Of a stretch of DNA of 64,000 nucleotides, positions 36,008 to 48,952 are shown piece after piece (position 1 is the stretch's first letter; each line of letters opens with the position of its first letter). The translations under genes were made by a program, and so were the position numbers. Source of the DNA: Curvularia clavata (lineage: Eukaryota); NCBI GenBank assembly GCA_023920165.1, contig CP089275.1:3038001-3102000 (forward strand). Reading direction: 5' to 3'. Below the pieces are notes generated by a model. The model saw nothing but the letters and a program-made list of their open reading frames with translations. It was not told the DNA's origin and did no database searches.

Positions 36008-38411
36008 GGTGGGCGGTCCGAGTAGGGTGACGTTCTCGTAGTGAGCAAAGTGAGGTGAAGGCCGTTGAGGCCTGGCAAAATTGTTCGACATGCTAGCGGA
36101 GCTGTCGGCGCGTCGGGGCTTGGGCTTGGGCTGCCCCACTATCCGCTCAATGAGGCAACAACTACCAGCGTGCACCTGACTCGCAACCACCAAAAAGGCA
36201 CCGCACGAATTGGACTCTGGGACAGAAAAATGCAGCGGGAAGGGAGATTCATAGCCCTTGAGAAGGCGACAGGGCGAAGAGGCTAAAAATGGCCGGCTGC
36301 TGCTCATCTTTATGCACCCAGCTGCATTACCCAACGTCTTACAAGCAGGAGCTGCGCTGGCACGCGACCATTGAGTCGCTCTCTGTAGCCAGTCAGGGAC
36401 CTTGAGCAGACCACGATGTGCCTTGGTACCTGCAGAGGCTCTCGAGAGGCCCCCGCCCTCCGGACAATGGCCCAGCATGGTGTCTTCTCATAGGCATGTA
36501 TGTATGTAGTCTCTATGTATGTCTGCGCCGCTGGGCTTGGCAGAGGCAGTCACGTGCAGACTGGGTTCGGTTACACAGGCTCACCGCCTACTTTGGTACC
36601 TCTTCAGACTCCACGACAAATGCTTGCGTGGGGCTACATGGACGTCCATCTGGAAAGCCACCAATATGGTGGCTCTGTCCTGATGGAGTCGACGCTGATG
36701 TTCGCAGCAAGTGCTATGTCCAGCCGCAGCTCCCAATGCATCACGAAGGCATCTCTCGAGGATCTTTTTCTCCCCAGGGCTAACTAGTTTGTCTGTTTTG
36801 GGGCAGAGCGAGGTACATAGCTACTGTACTATTTGCGTAGGGTGCAGCAAGATTGCCTTGGCTGCGTGGTACGACGACTGGATCTGCTCAAAAGAGAAGC
36901 AATGAGGCCCCATGGGGCGGACAAGTGGATGATAGTCGTCTGGGACAGAGGCCTGATGCTGTATGAAGGGGGTGATTTTCCTGATGAGGCTGCACAGAAA
37001 CAGCCCGATTGGCCGATGGGGGCTGCAAAAGGAGCGGACACTAGTATCGACCATCTGGTACCGAACACCGGGTCTGGCGGCGCGATCTGGCTGTGCGTGC
37101 CGCCATGGTGAAGTGACAGAAAACGGCGTGCACAACAGCAAAGTTGACGGGAGAGTGGCTCAGAGGCAATGAGGCTGACAGGGGAGAGGCTTTTCCAGGC
37201 GCCTGGTCTGGGGGTGATGAGCCATCTCTTGGGCGGATGGGACGTGGCACAGCGGATGAGTGCTTTGAGGGAGTGGTTAGAGAGACGGATGGTGTAGGCA
37301 GTCGAGGTGGGCAGCGGGCAATGGGGCTAGGCTAAAAGGCAGTGGGCCACACAAGGTTACACGATCTCGTATCGTGGCACCGGGCGGCAGGGTCAGTCCG
37401 ATCCAGGGCAGGCCAGAAGGATGCAAGCAAGCGAGTGAGGGTAAGCTTGAGTAGGTACTGGTGTGGGTGGAGGGGTGAGCAGACGACAAGGGCAGGGCAG
37501 GCCTCGGAGGCCGGGAGCCAGCCACGTTGCTGGCGTTGATGGCGGCGATGGCGTGCGTAAGTGGTTTTTTGCTTTTGCTTTTGCGAGCAATGTCGTGGTC
37601 AGCGCGCGACGTCGTTTGGATGGCGTGCGGTGGGTGTTTACGGGGGTGTTCAGGCGCCCACCGGCACCCATGGAAGGCCATGCACAGCGACGGTTTCGGC
37701 AATCGCGTCTGGGCCGTCCAGTAGCCCATGCGGCTCGCGCACACTTGCGGCGGGCATGTCTGGCCGCGGGCAGCCATTGGCCGGGGCGCGGCGAGCAAGC
37801 AACCGCCAGCGCCAAAAAGGAAAACCACCATCACATCGGCCCAGCTCAGCCCAGCCCAGCGTGGGGCGCGGCGGCCGACAATGGCTCACGCACACGCAGG
37901 TACAGACTCGCGCGCCCCGTGGCGAGGGCGGGAGCTGCTCGTCTACTTGCGGAAGCGGGCGCATATGCCATGACGCTGGCCGTGACACACTGGCTGCAGC
38001 AGCGCTGCCCTCGAACTCTCTCGGAACATTCGCATCGCCGGCCCTGCTGCGGCCTCGACATGGCCTTGCAATGCCATGGCCCAAGCGAGCAGCAGCCTGC
38101 CCTCGACTGGGCAAAAAGCGCAGACGACGGCCAGATGACAAGGACACGGCCAACACACAGACAGAGAGCCTCAGATGCCATGGCGGCCGGTCTCGTAGGC
38201 GGCCGGCTCTGGCCGTGTCACCACCATGTCCGTCTTGGGATGTCATGTCCACCAAGGCACCACGGCAAGACGGCCTGACGGCTGCACGCTTGCTGCTCGT
38301 TGTACACTTGGGCCCTCCCTGGCGTCCAAGAGGCCGTCGACTGGCCCGACTTGACCGTGACTTTGAGCCAAAGTTTATTCTCCGCTCCAACTAGCCCATC
38401 GACACAGTCAG

Positions 38412-38417
38412 TATAAG
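38412..38417 (+). promoter_or_regulatory. Putative TATA element for the microprotein gene
   Basis: TATAAG followed by a pyrimidine-rich leader leading to the ATG at 38835. Confidence 0.35.
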
Positions 38418-38834
38418 ACGGGCCCAAGATCCGCGTCGTTAGCGTCGCTGGTCGAGCAACAAGCAAGCAAGCCCTGGAGTCGTTCCTTCTCCAGTCAGTA
38501 GTATCAAACCACCCTGATCCCGACACGTCAACTCACCCACCTCCACCTCCACCTCCACCCAGACTTTTGTTTTGCAAGCCACGATCCAGACGACCCTAAA
38601 CACCCTCGCTCGACACCTCTCTGCCCTACCCCAATTCCATCCTAGCCTCCGCCGTCGTGCCGCCACTACTCACGTCAGTACCTTCACCTCCTCCCATGGC
38701 CACTTGTATATCTACTCGTCCCCATCCCGCTCCTTCCGCTTCTCCCACTAACCACACCCCCCACAGTCGTTCCTGCCTCCTCCCCTCTTGGCCTCCTTCA
38801 CCACCACCGCCATATCTCTCCCATCCTCAACGCA

Positions 38835-38996
38835 ATGGCCCGCCCAAGCTGCTCCCACAGCTTCAAATTGATCAAGTCAGACACCACCCTCGTCGTCTGG
38901 ACTTGCAACCTGTGCCACAGCGGGCCCTTCACCTCCATCTACCAATGCGACCAGTGCAAGCTCAAGACATGCCAACCCTGTGCGTCAAAGGCATAG
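38835..38996 (+). CDS. 53-aa Cys/His-rich zinc-finger-like microprotein (C1/ZZ-like spacing); below the ORF-track cutoff
   Basis: MARPSCSHSFKLIKSDTTLVVWTCNLCHSGPFTSIYQCDQCKLKTCQPCASKA*. It has CxH plus three CxxC pairs, strong C/G third-position codon bias and a good start context (GCAATGG). Confidence 0.8.
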   Translation: MARPSCSHSFKLIKSDTTLVVWTCNLCHSGPFTSIYQCDQCKLKTCQPCASKA

Positions 38997-41075
38997 CAAG
39001 TGAGTCGCTCCCCTCCCCTTCCCTGCACCAGCTGCATCACCACACCTGCAACCACCTACCCAACCCGCCAAGCTGGGGCCAGGAAAAACCCACAATGGAT
39101 TGATGCTGACTCGCTGGGTTGCAGGTCCAATGCAAAGATCGCCGGCTACGATCCAAGCCGCCCGAGATCCCGGTAACCAGATATGTAAATGCACGCGACA
39201 CGGCCGAATACGCTTCGTCTTCTACTCGGCAACTCACCCAACCCCGTTCCTCATCCACCACACCAACCGGCGTTTTTCTCCTTGCATTCATCACGTGGCC
39301 TTGTTCTTCATCTCTTACTACTAGCACGGCGTTTTGGGCGGCCTCGTCTATCGGTTCGGTTTTGTCCCAAAAAGCAACTTGTCTTACCACGCAATCAATC
39401 GCACGTGTTTCTGCCCCTGCCGGAACTGGCTTCCGCACTCGCTCGCTCTACAAAAAGGAAAAAGGTGCCCGCTTCTGGCCGTTTCAGGTCCGACCAGCCC
39501 TCTTCCCCTGGTAACTGCCACCTTTCCCCGTTTTGTCAATCCTACAGCTCTTCTCTCTTCGGTAACATGACGGCCACTGTTTCCATCCCGTCTCCATTTT
39601 TTTTGTTCCATTTTTTTTTCCTTCTCTCTTGGGCTTCCGTCTTCTGACAGTACAACGACTGGTGCAAACCATTACGCCTTAATGTTTCCAATTTTCTTTT
39701 CGGCTCATCATCTGGTACTCCGGCATGGTCTTCTTTTGTCCTTGGATGCAACACCTGTCAAATTGAGCTACATGTACTTTTAGACACCTGTGGGTGGGGG
39801 GGTTTTCGGTTTCACGTTCCCACGAGGTCACCCGACTTGGCAGTTGTAATAGATAATATTACAACACACTGACTTGATCTCAACGACCCGCTTACCGCTT
39901 GAATTATGCAGCAATGACGACGTTCGAGAAAGTTTCAGAACCGGGGGCTGAGCTCCCAAGTTCATCGCATCTTTCCATGGCCTGCACTAGTTGAGACGCC
40001 TATTCCAGGTTCGCTGCATATGCAGCCTATATGAGCTTCGAGATTCCTTCTTCAAATGCTTCGCAGTGCCAAAAGGGGTTAAAAGTGCGAGCCGCTCGCT
40101 CTTGTCCCAGATAGGGTGTTGGTGGGCGCCGCCATCGCCCCTAGCCCTAATAAATGCATACTTACTAGTAATAGTAAACCGCTTCTAATGTGTTCCTGAC
40201 GGCTGCGCACAGAACCATGCCAAAGTTTCGTCCGTCGACTTTGCAGGCGGCAAGGAATCCACCTGGCCTGACCCATGGCGTATGCGTACAAAGCCAATTT
40301 TCACGACGGCCGACCACTGAACAAAGCTTCTACCCACATTTGGTGCTACCAGCCAGGGATGAAACACGCATATGATGGCCTACAGATAGGTCATGGTGCT
40401 ACCTACCCCTCCACTCCCTCGCACCTACCGATACAGCTCTTCAGCGCACGGTCTCGGCCCGGTACGCTAACAACTAGCCGATGCAAAGACCACTATCCGT
40501 ATGCCGAATGCAATCAGTCTTATTGCTCCTGTTGCAATTATTACATGGCAGCCTGAAACCCATCTACTCTTGTCCTTCCTCTCTTGAGCTGAAGCTGCAG
40601 GTCATGCTTTGGCAGCAATGCAGTTGCCTTGCAGCCTAAGCGCTAAAAGCTTGTGCATCGAGCGCCGCCTTTCTCCGGCAGATGCACTTTTCCTTGCCCT
40701 CGTCAGCCTCGTTCTTGTCCATGTCGACTGTGTATGTCGTGCGCAAGATTGCTCGGAGCCTGATACGAGGAGAACATCTTGCTCAAAATACATACAAAGT
40801 CAACTCGGGACCCCGCGTCTCCTACTCCATGTCGGGCAGCTACGCAGGCATCCTTGATTATCTCACACCTCATCGGTGGTCTCAAGCCACTAAGACAACG
40901 CATTTCAGCTGTACACGCAGCAGGCAACCATCATACTAAATTTATCGCTTTGGCCTTATTTTGATCACACATGTATATATTATTTCTAACAAAGCCATGC
41001 ATCGCTTCCATATTTTCCTAGCCGCTTCTCCAATCCTTGTATCGTGCACACTATTCAACCAAACGAAGAGCAAAC

Positions 41076-43746
41076 ATGGGCACAGATGGCGACGGCGGTA
41101 ACACGCAAGTCGGCGAGCCTCAGGCAGCCATTGACGAGTTCTGGGACAGCCTCATTACCAAGAAGCCAGCCAAAGTCACCAAGATATTCCCACAAAGTCT
41201 CTATGCAAACCTCCTCCCTCCCCAACACCCAGTCGGAACTGTCGTGGGCAAGAATGCAGCCGAATCATACCAGGCTGCAGCTGCAGAGTGTCGCGCTCGC
41301 GTCAAACGCATCGTCAAAGAATGCCACCGCACAAATGAGAAATTTACCGACCCTGACTTCGACATTAGCAATCTCACCGATAAAAGTTGCCTCGAAGGCC
41401 TCATGTATTGGTATAGGGATGCGACAGAGTCCCCACCCGTGACCACTGCATCCGAGCTAGGCCAGGCTCTCTCTACTATTGTCCAAAGTGGCATAATACT
41501 GAACGATGGTGCCGCAATCGACATCAAGGCTACCTCAAAGATACTGGCATCCCTGAACAACTCCACAACTAGCTCAGCCTGTCCACGATCAGTCCATCGC
41601 GTCGACTGGATCTTTGAAAACCCACAATTTGTTGTGGATGGCTTTTCGGGTTCTGACCTTAGACAGGGCTCTTCTGGAGACTGTTGGTTCATTGCTGCCG
41701 TTTCGACAATTTGCACGTACCCTGCTCTCATGGATAAGGTCTGTGTTGCTAGAGACGAGGAGTGTGGAGTATACGGCTTCGTTTTCTACCGAGATGGCGA
41801 TTGGGTCTGGACTGTTGTTGACGACAGCCTTTACCTTACTAATGGCGACTTTGACGCTGAAGTTGGTGATGGATGGGACCCAACCAATTCCAGAGAGGCC
41901 AAGTGGAAAAAGAACTATCAGACTGGATCCGAAGCACTCTGGTTTGCCTCATGCGTTAAGGAATGCGAAACATGGCTTCCTCTTCTAGAGAAAGCGTACG
42001 CCAAAAGTAAGATCCTCGTTTTTACATGACTGAACCCCACTCATGCAAGGCTAACATGGCAATAGTACATGGTGACTACGATGCCATTTCTGGTGGATTC
42101 AGTGGTGAAGCTGTCGAGGACCTGACTGGCGGCGTCACGACCAAAATCTTGACGAACCGCGTATTGAGCAAAGAAAAGCTTTGGAAAGAACTGTTGCAAG
42201 TTGGCAAGGAATTTCTATTCTCAGCTTCATCGCCCACCTCAAGCGTATTTGGCGTACAGTCGGACTCCTTAAGAGGTCTTGCTCTTGGCCACGCTTATTC
42301 CGTCTTGAAAGCCGTAGAGGAGCAAGACAAAGATGGCAAAAGCCACCGATTGGTAATGATACGCAACCCATGGGGTAAGAAACTGAGCGCAGGAGTAGGA
42401 GAATGGACGGGACCGTGGAGCGATGGGTCTCGTGAATGGACCCCTTACTGGCTCGACAAGCTGGATCACAAATTTGGAGACGATGGTCTCTTCTGGATGT
42501 CCTATGAGGACCTTCTCAAGCGATTCGATCTGCTTGATCGCACTCGCCTCTTCGACGAACAATGGACTGTTGTACAGCGATGGACAAGTGTATCGGTGGC
42601 ATGGGTACGTAACGCAATCTCCCTGGAACAACATATGAGCTAATCATGATTTGTTCAGGTCACTGGCTACCTAAACACAAAGTTCTCAGTCGAAATAAAA
42701 AAGGCTGGGCCTACCGTTTTTGTCCTTTGCCAGGTAAGCAGTCGGCTTCTATTTAGCTCTTCACCTACTAATGACAGTAGCTCGATGAGCGGTACTTCCA
42801 AGGGCTTCAGGGAAAATACACCTTTGACCTACATTTTGTACTACAAGAAAAGAATGCTAAAGCGGGTGAGCACCTGGTACGCGCCCGCGGTGCTTGGTTC
42901 GGAAACCGCAGTGTCGCCGCAGAGGTCGACCTGGAAGCCGGTGTATACGAAGTAGTGCCAAAAATCGTAGCGACACGTGACTCGGATGTGCCAGAAGCCA
43001 TCGATGTCGTGAAGAAGCTTGCGATGCGCAACCCGCAGAAGCTTCGGCAGATTGGAATGAACTACGACATGGCAAACGCGAAGGGCGTGGTTGAACTTCC
43101 AGAAGAAGAGAAGGAGAAGAAAGTCAAAGAGAATGAGGCTGAAGGGAACAAGGCTGGAGAGAAGGGAAAGACGGAGTCAGAAGCACAGAGGAAGGAGGAG
43201 GGCGCCTCGGACGTGGTTGCAAAGCAGCACAAACAAGCAGAGGAGAAAAAGGAATCAGACCAAGATGCTGGATCCAAGCAACAGACCAAAGACAGCGACA
43301 CCCAGAAGGAGCAGAGCGATACCCCCAGAAATGCGAATGCGAATACAGAACAACAACCTGACACGGATATCACCACCCTTGCCGCGAAAGCCCAAGCCCA
43401 AGCTCCCACCTCCGACTCGGACCTCACAAAACTTCTGCTTCTATTAACAGAGCATATCCTCCGACCCCCTGCCACCACCACTGACACACCCGAACTTCCC
43501 TCTGCAGACCTTGCCACCACCACCGATGCACCTCCTGCCCCCGATACCTCCGATGACACCCCTACTACCACCTCTGACAAAGACAAAGACAAGAACCAAA
43601 AATCCTGGAACGCAGTCTGCACGCTTGGCCTCCGCGTATACAGTCTAGATCCCAGCGTCACAATCCAGCTCATCAGACCACAGAGTGTGGCCGAGACGTC
43701 GATTCTGGACGTCGATGGCGCGACACAGGCGGGTGCGACGATGTAA
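41076..43746 (+). CDS. Calpain-family cysteine protease (peptidase C2), non-PalB type
   Basis: Catalytic triad motifs QGSSGDCWF, GHAYSVL and RNPWG, plus ETWLPLLEKAYAK and C-terminal WNAVCTLGLRVYS. Introns at ~42007-42065, ~42605-42658 and ~42733-42780. Confidence 0.93.
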
Positions 43747-44333
43747 ATCTCCCGATACATGGTGGATGCGTGATTGGGCCGGGAGGGGCAGCCGGGCGGG
43801 GCGGGTGGAGAGAAAGTGGAAAGGACGGGGGAGCGGGGAGTGAACCAGAGGGATGGTAACGACAGGAAAAGCAAGCACGTTAAATGTGGCTTTTCTTCTT
43901 CTTGTTGTTCTTTTTTTCGATGTGGGCTGTGTCAAGGGAAACAAAGACAAGGGGGGTGGTGGTGGTGTGGCTTACGCCTCATTTTCCTTTTTTATTTCTC
44001 CCCACGGAATGGCGTCAAGAAAAGGTCATGGAGAAACAATGTGCTATGAGTTACGACGAGGTATGATCTGGATTGTTTAGTTGGTACGGATAGATGGCAA
44101 AACGAGGGGGTGTTGTGGGAGTTTGGGGCAAGAGGACACTGTTGTATTGAATAACTGACTGGGCTGGGGGTTCATTCTCCGCTATTTTGCCCTACGTAGA
44201 CAGACTCTCCGAGGAAAAATTCCACTCTTAATATGAATCATTGCTCCACTCTGAATAAGAACTTACGTCATTTTCTTTTCAGCTTCACTCAGCTTCACTC
44301 CCCCAGAGTACCTACCTACTAGTCTCCAGCCAC

Positions 44334-46022
44334 TCACTCCGCCAACTTAACCCCATGCAGCGAAATCAGCGCACGAACCTGGACACCGTTCCCTACACCA
44401 AAGTTATCCTGCAGCGCCATATTCTCCGCGGCAAGCACATCCCTAAACTCGACCTGGGCACTGCCAAACTCAACATTCTTGTTCAGCAGCGCGAGCTTAA
44501 ACGGTACCGGGTTCGCCAGCATATCCGCGGAGATGGGGATATTGAAAGCCTGGTCGAATGACGGGTTGAAGATATCTGTGCCGGGTGAGTACGTCTTGGC
44601 TGCTGTCTGGAACGTCTTGTCGCCCCAGGTAACTTTGACGCTGGGGTTGAGCTCATCACGATTACCCTGGAGCTCATGCGCACCGGCAATGAGAACGGTA
44701 GCGAGACCGCAGATCTGGCCTTGGGCTGTGCTTTGCGGGCTGGGTGAAGAAAGGACCTGTGGGTCAGGGACGAGGTGGAAGAATTTAGCGTGGATTAGGA
44801 GTCTACCGGCTGTTTCCTGGCCCTTGTGCGAGAGAACGAGTTCCTGGGTTCCGCCCTTGAGCAGGATCTCTTTGATGGTGGTGGAGCCGATACCCATGTC
44901 GTCGTCGCCGGCCATGTCCTCATCTTGCACGTCGACAGTGATGTCTTGCTCAAAGTCCGTAACTAGGAAGTCGTGGCTTTCGTTCCATTCAGGCTCGCGG
45001 TTGTTGTCGACGGTTGAGGTCTTCCACTCGCCTTCGGCGCCCACCTTGACTTTGACGTAGCAGTCTGGGACGTCTTCGAGCTTGACTTTGGCCATGAGCT
45101 TCTTGAGGCCGCTCTTCTTTTCGCCACGCTTGGGTACGTCGATGCCAGTGGCTTTGCTGACAGTTACGCGGATCACGCCGTTGTGTGGCTGGTAAGTCTT
45201 GAAGTAGTCGGTGTTTGGATCCAGCTTGACGAGGAAGCGGTTGGGAAGCGTGGCCATTGAGTCAATGACACCGAGGATAGTTTTGCGGACAGTGTTGTCA
45301 ATGATAGAAAAGTCGGCAATGTTTGCAGCGTCGGTGAAGTCAAGCTTCAGGGTTGGTGTGTTGAGAAAGGCGATCTGGACGGCTCCAATCTATCACTGAA
45401 TTAGCATTGGCTTTTATGGTACTCAGACATCACTTACCAGAGGAATGACGTTTGTCAATGGGCACAGCAAGACGCTGATGCGGCCCTTCATATGAACCCG
45501 CTCCACACCCTATCCATCTCGTTAGCCCAACCCCGGTCTCCATTCAACCTCTACAAAACATACCACTTTCGGAACTAGTTTGCCGTCAAGTTCAAAGTCA
45601 CATACACCCTCCCAGTTCATATCCATGTCCAGCTTGATCCCTCCCGCTGTCGTCTTGTGCACATCAACATTCGAAAAGCCAATTGGAACATGGCCAAACT
45701 CAATCTTGACGAAGCGCAGGTTGGACAGCGGGCTGGGAAGCGTAGAGGCAAGAATGGGTTCTACCGTGTCCTTGATTATGTTGGAGCCAGCCACGCAGAT
45801 GTTGGGCCATAGATTCTTAATGATGTCATTGAGGAAACCTGGTACGTGTGTTAGCAAATTGTATGATGAGGTTTGGTGGTGAAGGCTGTCGTGATATGGG
45901 ACGGAAGGTGTAGAGCAGTGGAATAGTATCAATGAGCTCCTCATTCACCCCATACCTGCTTGTTCAGAGCCGCCAGAGGCAGTCAATTGGTGGACGAGCG
46001 ATGCAGGTGCTTGGTTCGCCAT
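44334..46022 (-). CDS. SMP (synaptotagmin-like lipid-transfer) domain plus two C2 domains; extended-synaptotagmin/tricalbin-like
   Basis: MANQAPAS..SEQAG|FLNDIIKNLWPNI..LRFVKIEFG (SMP). C2 motifs DVPDCYVKVKVG..PEWNE..DVQDED..DDDMG and a second C2 NPSVKVTWG..FNPSFD. Several GT-AG introns. Confidence 0.88.
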
Positions 46023-46306
46023 GATGTACTGTCAACTCGTCTTTGTGAAGGTATAGGTAATGTCACGTTTCAGGTTCCGCAAGGTGGGCAACAATAAGCT
46101 CAAAGCAGTTGAGAGGAGCTTGATCTCACTGGAATCGTGAAATACAGGAACAAAAAGGATACTGAGAGCTATTGAGAGAGATGAAGGGAAGTAAGTTTGG
46201 TCTGAGAAGGAGTAAAACGCAGTACCAGCAACTAGCCAGTTTAGACTGCATGCAACTACACGTGTTGCATCCTGTTTGTTGTCCCTTTGCTTGGAAGTAA
46301 CCACCT

Positions 46307-46314
46307 TGACGTCA
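46307..46314. promoter_or_regulatory. CRE/ATF-type palindrome upstream of the SMP-C2 gene
   Basis: TGACGTCA about 285 nt upstream of the ATG. Confidence 0.3.
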
Positions 46315-47358
46315 CGGCACGTCCCCAAACAACGCCTGTGCAACTGAACCCCGCTGTGGCAGGTGAAAGCCACACGGTTGAAGCCACACATCACGTGCCG
46401 TGGCTTCAGCCCCAACTTCACGCTTAGGTCAGCGGAAGCACCGATGACTATCTCCTTTTTTATTTTTTCTACACACTCGGCTATACTTGTAATCTAGACC
46501 AAACACCCCAGCACGCATGGATGAACTGATCGCGCCATGCTGACGCCACACCCATCCTTTTTTGTCCGACACACCCACACCCTCTTCAACCCATGTACCC
46601 ATGATCATCTCCCGATACTGTGCATAATGCGGAAACAAAAAACCCGTGCGTTTTTCGTCGCTAATCTGGTAAAAAAGCAAGCCCAAGCACCCTGGCTTCA
46701 TACCGTACATCGGTTACACCGAAACCGTCTACCCTGGAGGGACTAATTGTATATCCCTACCTTGTTACTAACGATGGCGCACGAGGATAAGAAGATGCTT
46801 TTTCTCCCTCCATCATTGCTTCCGCTCACGTCAAGAGTCTGTAATCCGAGCGTTGTAGGGGCAGACGCTCAGACCGGCGTTGAAATCGAGCACGTTGTGG
46901 CTTGCGCAAGGAGGGTGTTTGGCACCAGTACTATCCATGCGTCCGTGTGTCTATAGCTGCTTTGCTATATGTCCCCTGTACCCTGTCCTCACCACTATGT
47001 ACATCAGATCCATGATTGTCATGATCCCAGCTTGATCAGATACCTGGTAGGTATATCATGCATACACCGATGAAGGCGTAGCCACCGGGTCCTTGCGACG
47101 TACATACACAGGGGGAGATTGTATGAGGTAACAAGATTCTGAATGGTTGGCATTGAATACCGTAGCAAGATGTTGCTTTTTGCAGTGCGATTCGCGAAGT
47201 GAGATTAGCGATTTGGACGAGGACAGTGGACAAAGAATGTGCATATACATGTGTGTACACACTTGGCAGGAATCATGCAATCATATGTTGATCTCGCCAA
47301 GCACTCTTTAACTAAACGGTGTAGATATACGTGTTTCTTCTCTCTGCAACCCTCCATT

Positions 47359-48952
47359 CTACGGCGGCAAAGGCTTGCCATTATACTGCGTGCCATTGCA
47401 AGGCGCCTCCAACGCACTCTCCTTGATACCCTGTACCACACTTCCCTCGTACGCGATCAAGACTGCATCGCCACTGGGCTCATACGCCTCCCAGCCCATC
47501 TTGGGCAGACCGCGCACCGGGTCCTTGGCAAACGCCAGATAGTAATCTTGCACCTTCTCGCTGACTTGTCGCTGGAAGTCAGTGCCGTTTCCCCTCGCAA
47601 TACCGTATGTGCCAAAGTACAGCGGCAAATCAGACGAGTGGTACGCGCCCTCCCAAGGCTGAGGCGCAATGTTGCTGAAGTTGCCAGCGTACAGATAGCG
47701 GAAAGTGGTGGTATTGGCCGAGTAGCGATTCTGCGTTGTCTGAGCCGCAGGGCAGAGAAAGTAAGTCGCGGTAGCAGCGTCGGCCTGAGATTTAGGCGGT
47801 CCATACGTCTTGTTGTACGCTGGGAAAGCAGTGCCTTCGTCCTTGGTCGTGCCAATGATGGCAGGCTTGCGACTGAATTTTCCAGCCAACGCACGAGCCG
47901 TGACGTCGGAGAAGAAGGTACGGTTGTCGTATACTGGCACGAAACTGAGGCCGGGTGTTGCACCACTGTCGGCGTGCTGCTTGAGGAATTTCTCAATAGA
48001 GACAGAGTCGACGCCCCGGAGGCAATCAATCTCAGCTGAGGCGCGGGTGTCGTTGCAGCCAAAGTGCTGAGCAACATAGGTGAAGCTAGTGTGCTGTGCG
48101 TCTTGGCTTACGAGTGGCAGAAGAGAAGTGCCTGAGTTCATAATCAGGCCCGAAACAATGGGGTCGTTGGGGTAGGCGAAGTTGTAGTTGTCGACCGAAG
48201 CAGCGCCAGCAGACTGTCCCCAAAGCGTGATGCGGGCTGGGTCACCGCCAAAGTTGCGAATGTTGTCTCGGATCCATTCCAGAGCTAGACGCTGGTCCAG
48301 GAAGCCGAGGTTCTGTTCGTCAGCCTTGAGGTCTTTGGAATTGGGAAAACCAAAGATATTCAGACGGTAACTGCGGATGGGTAAGTCATCTCTCCACGCT
48401 TGCTAGGCTTTTTGTTGTCTCGACTTACTTGATTCCAACAACGATGTGTTCTCCCGTTCTCTCAACCCATCTCGCAGGGACCTGATACGGGACGGTCGGT
48501 CCTCCCGTCACGAAGCCTCCGCCATGAATCCAAACAAGCACAGGCAGCAAGTCCTTCTTGTCCTTACGACCCTCGCACCGATCCAAGGGCGCCCAGATGT
48601 TGAGTTTCAGGCACTCTTCAGACTGATAGAGGCGCGGCGTAATAATGTACTCAGGCGCGTCGTTGAGCCAAACGTTTGGCTTGTCGCCTTCGAACTGAGG
48701 ACAGGAAGGACCTAGGTTATTCGCGACAATGACCTTATTCTCCCTCTTCTTCGCAACTGGAGGCAACCACCTCCTTCTTCCGACCGGCTGTTCAGCAAAC
48801 GGAATACCGAGGTACTGCGCAACATTTGGCGTTACATTGTCAGTAAAACCTTTAACTTGGCCGGACGAAGTACGAATAGTCGCAGGGGCACCTGCTACAG
48901 CCCAAGCAGGGAACTGAGCGAGTCCCAGCAAAATTGCCGTGGCGAACACCAT
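47359..48952 (-). CDS. Secreted type-B carboxylesterase/cholinesterase-like alpha/beta hydrolase
   Basis: Signal peptide, YLGIPFA, SEECLKLNIW, WIHGGGF, nucleophile WGQSAG, GTTKDEG and AYHSSDL. One intron at ~48371-48428. Confidence 0.93.

Noticed and set aside
37277..38394. Multiple long overlapping ORFs (185-277 aa) on both strands
   Set aside because: GC-rich sequence poor in stop codons. The translations are Arg/Ala/Pro-rich with no recognisable domain.
43062..48077. Long antisense ORFs over the calpain, SMP-C2 and esterase genes
   Set aside because: Shadow ORFs caused by codon bias of the real genes on the opposite strand.
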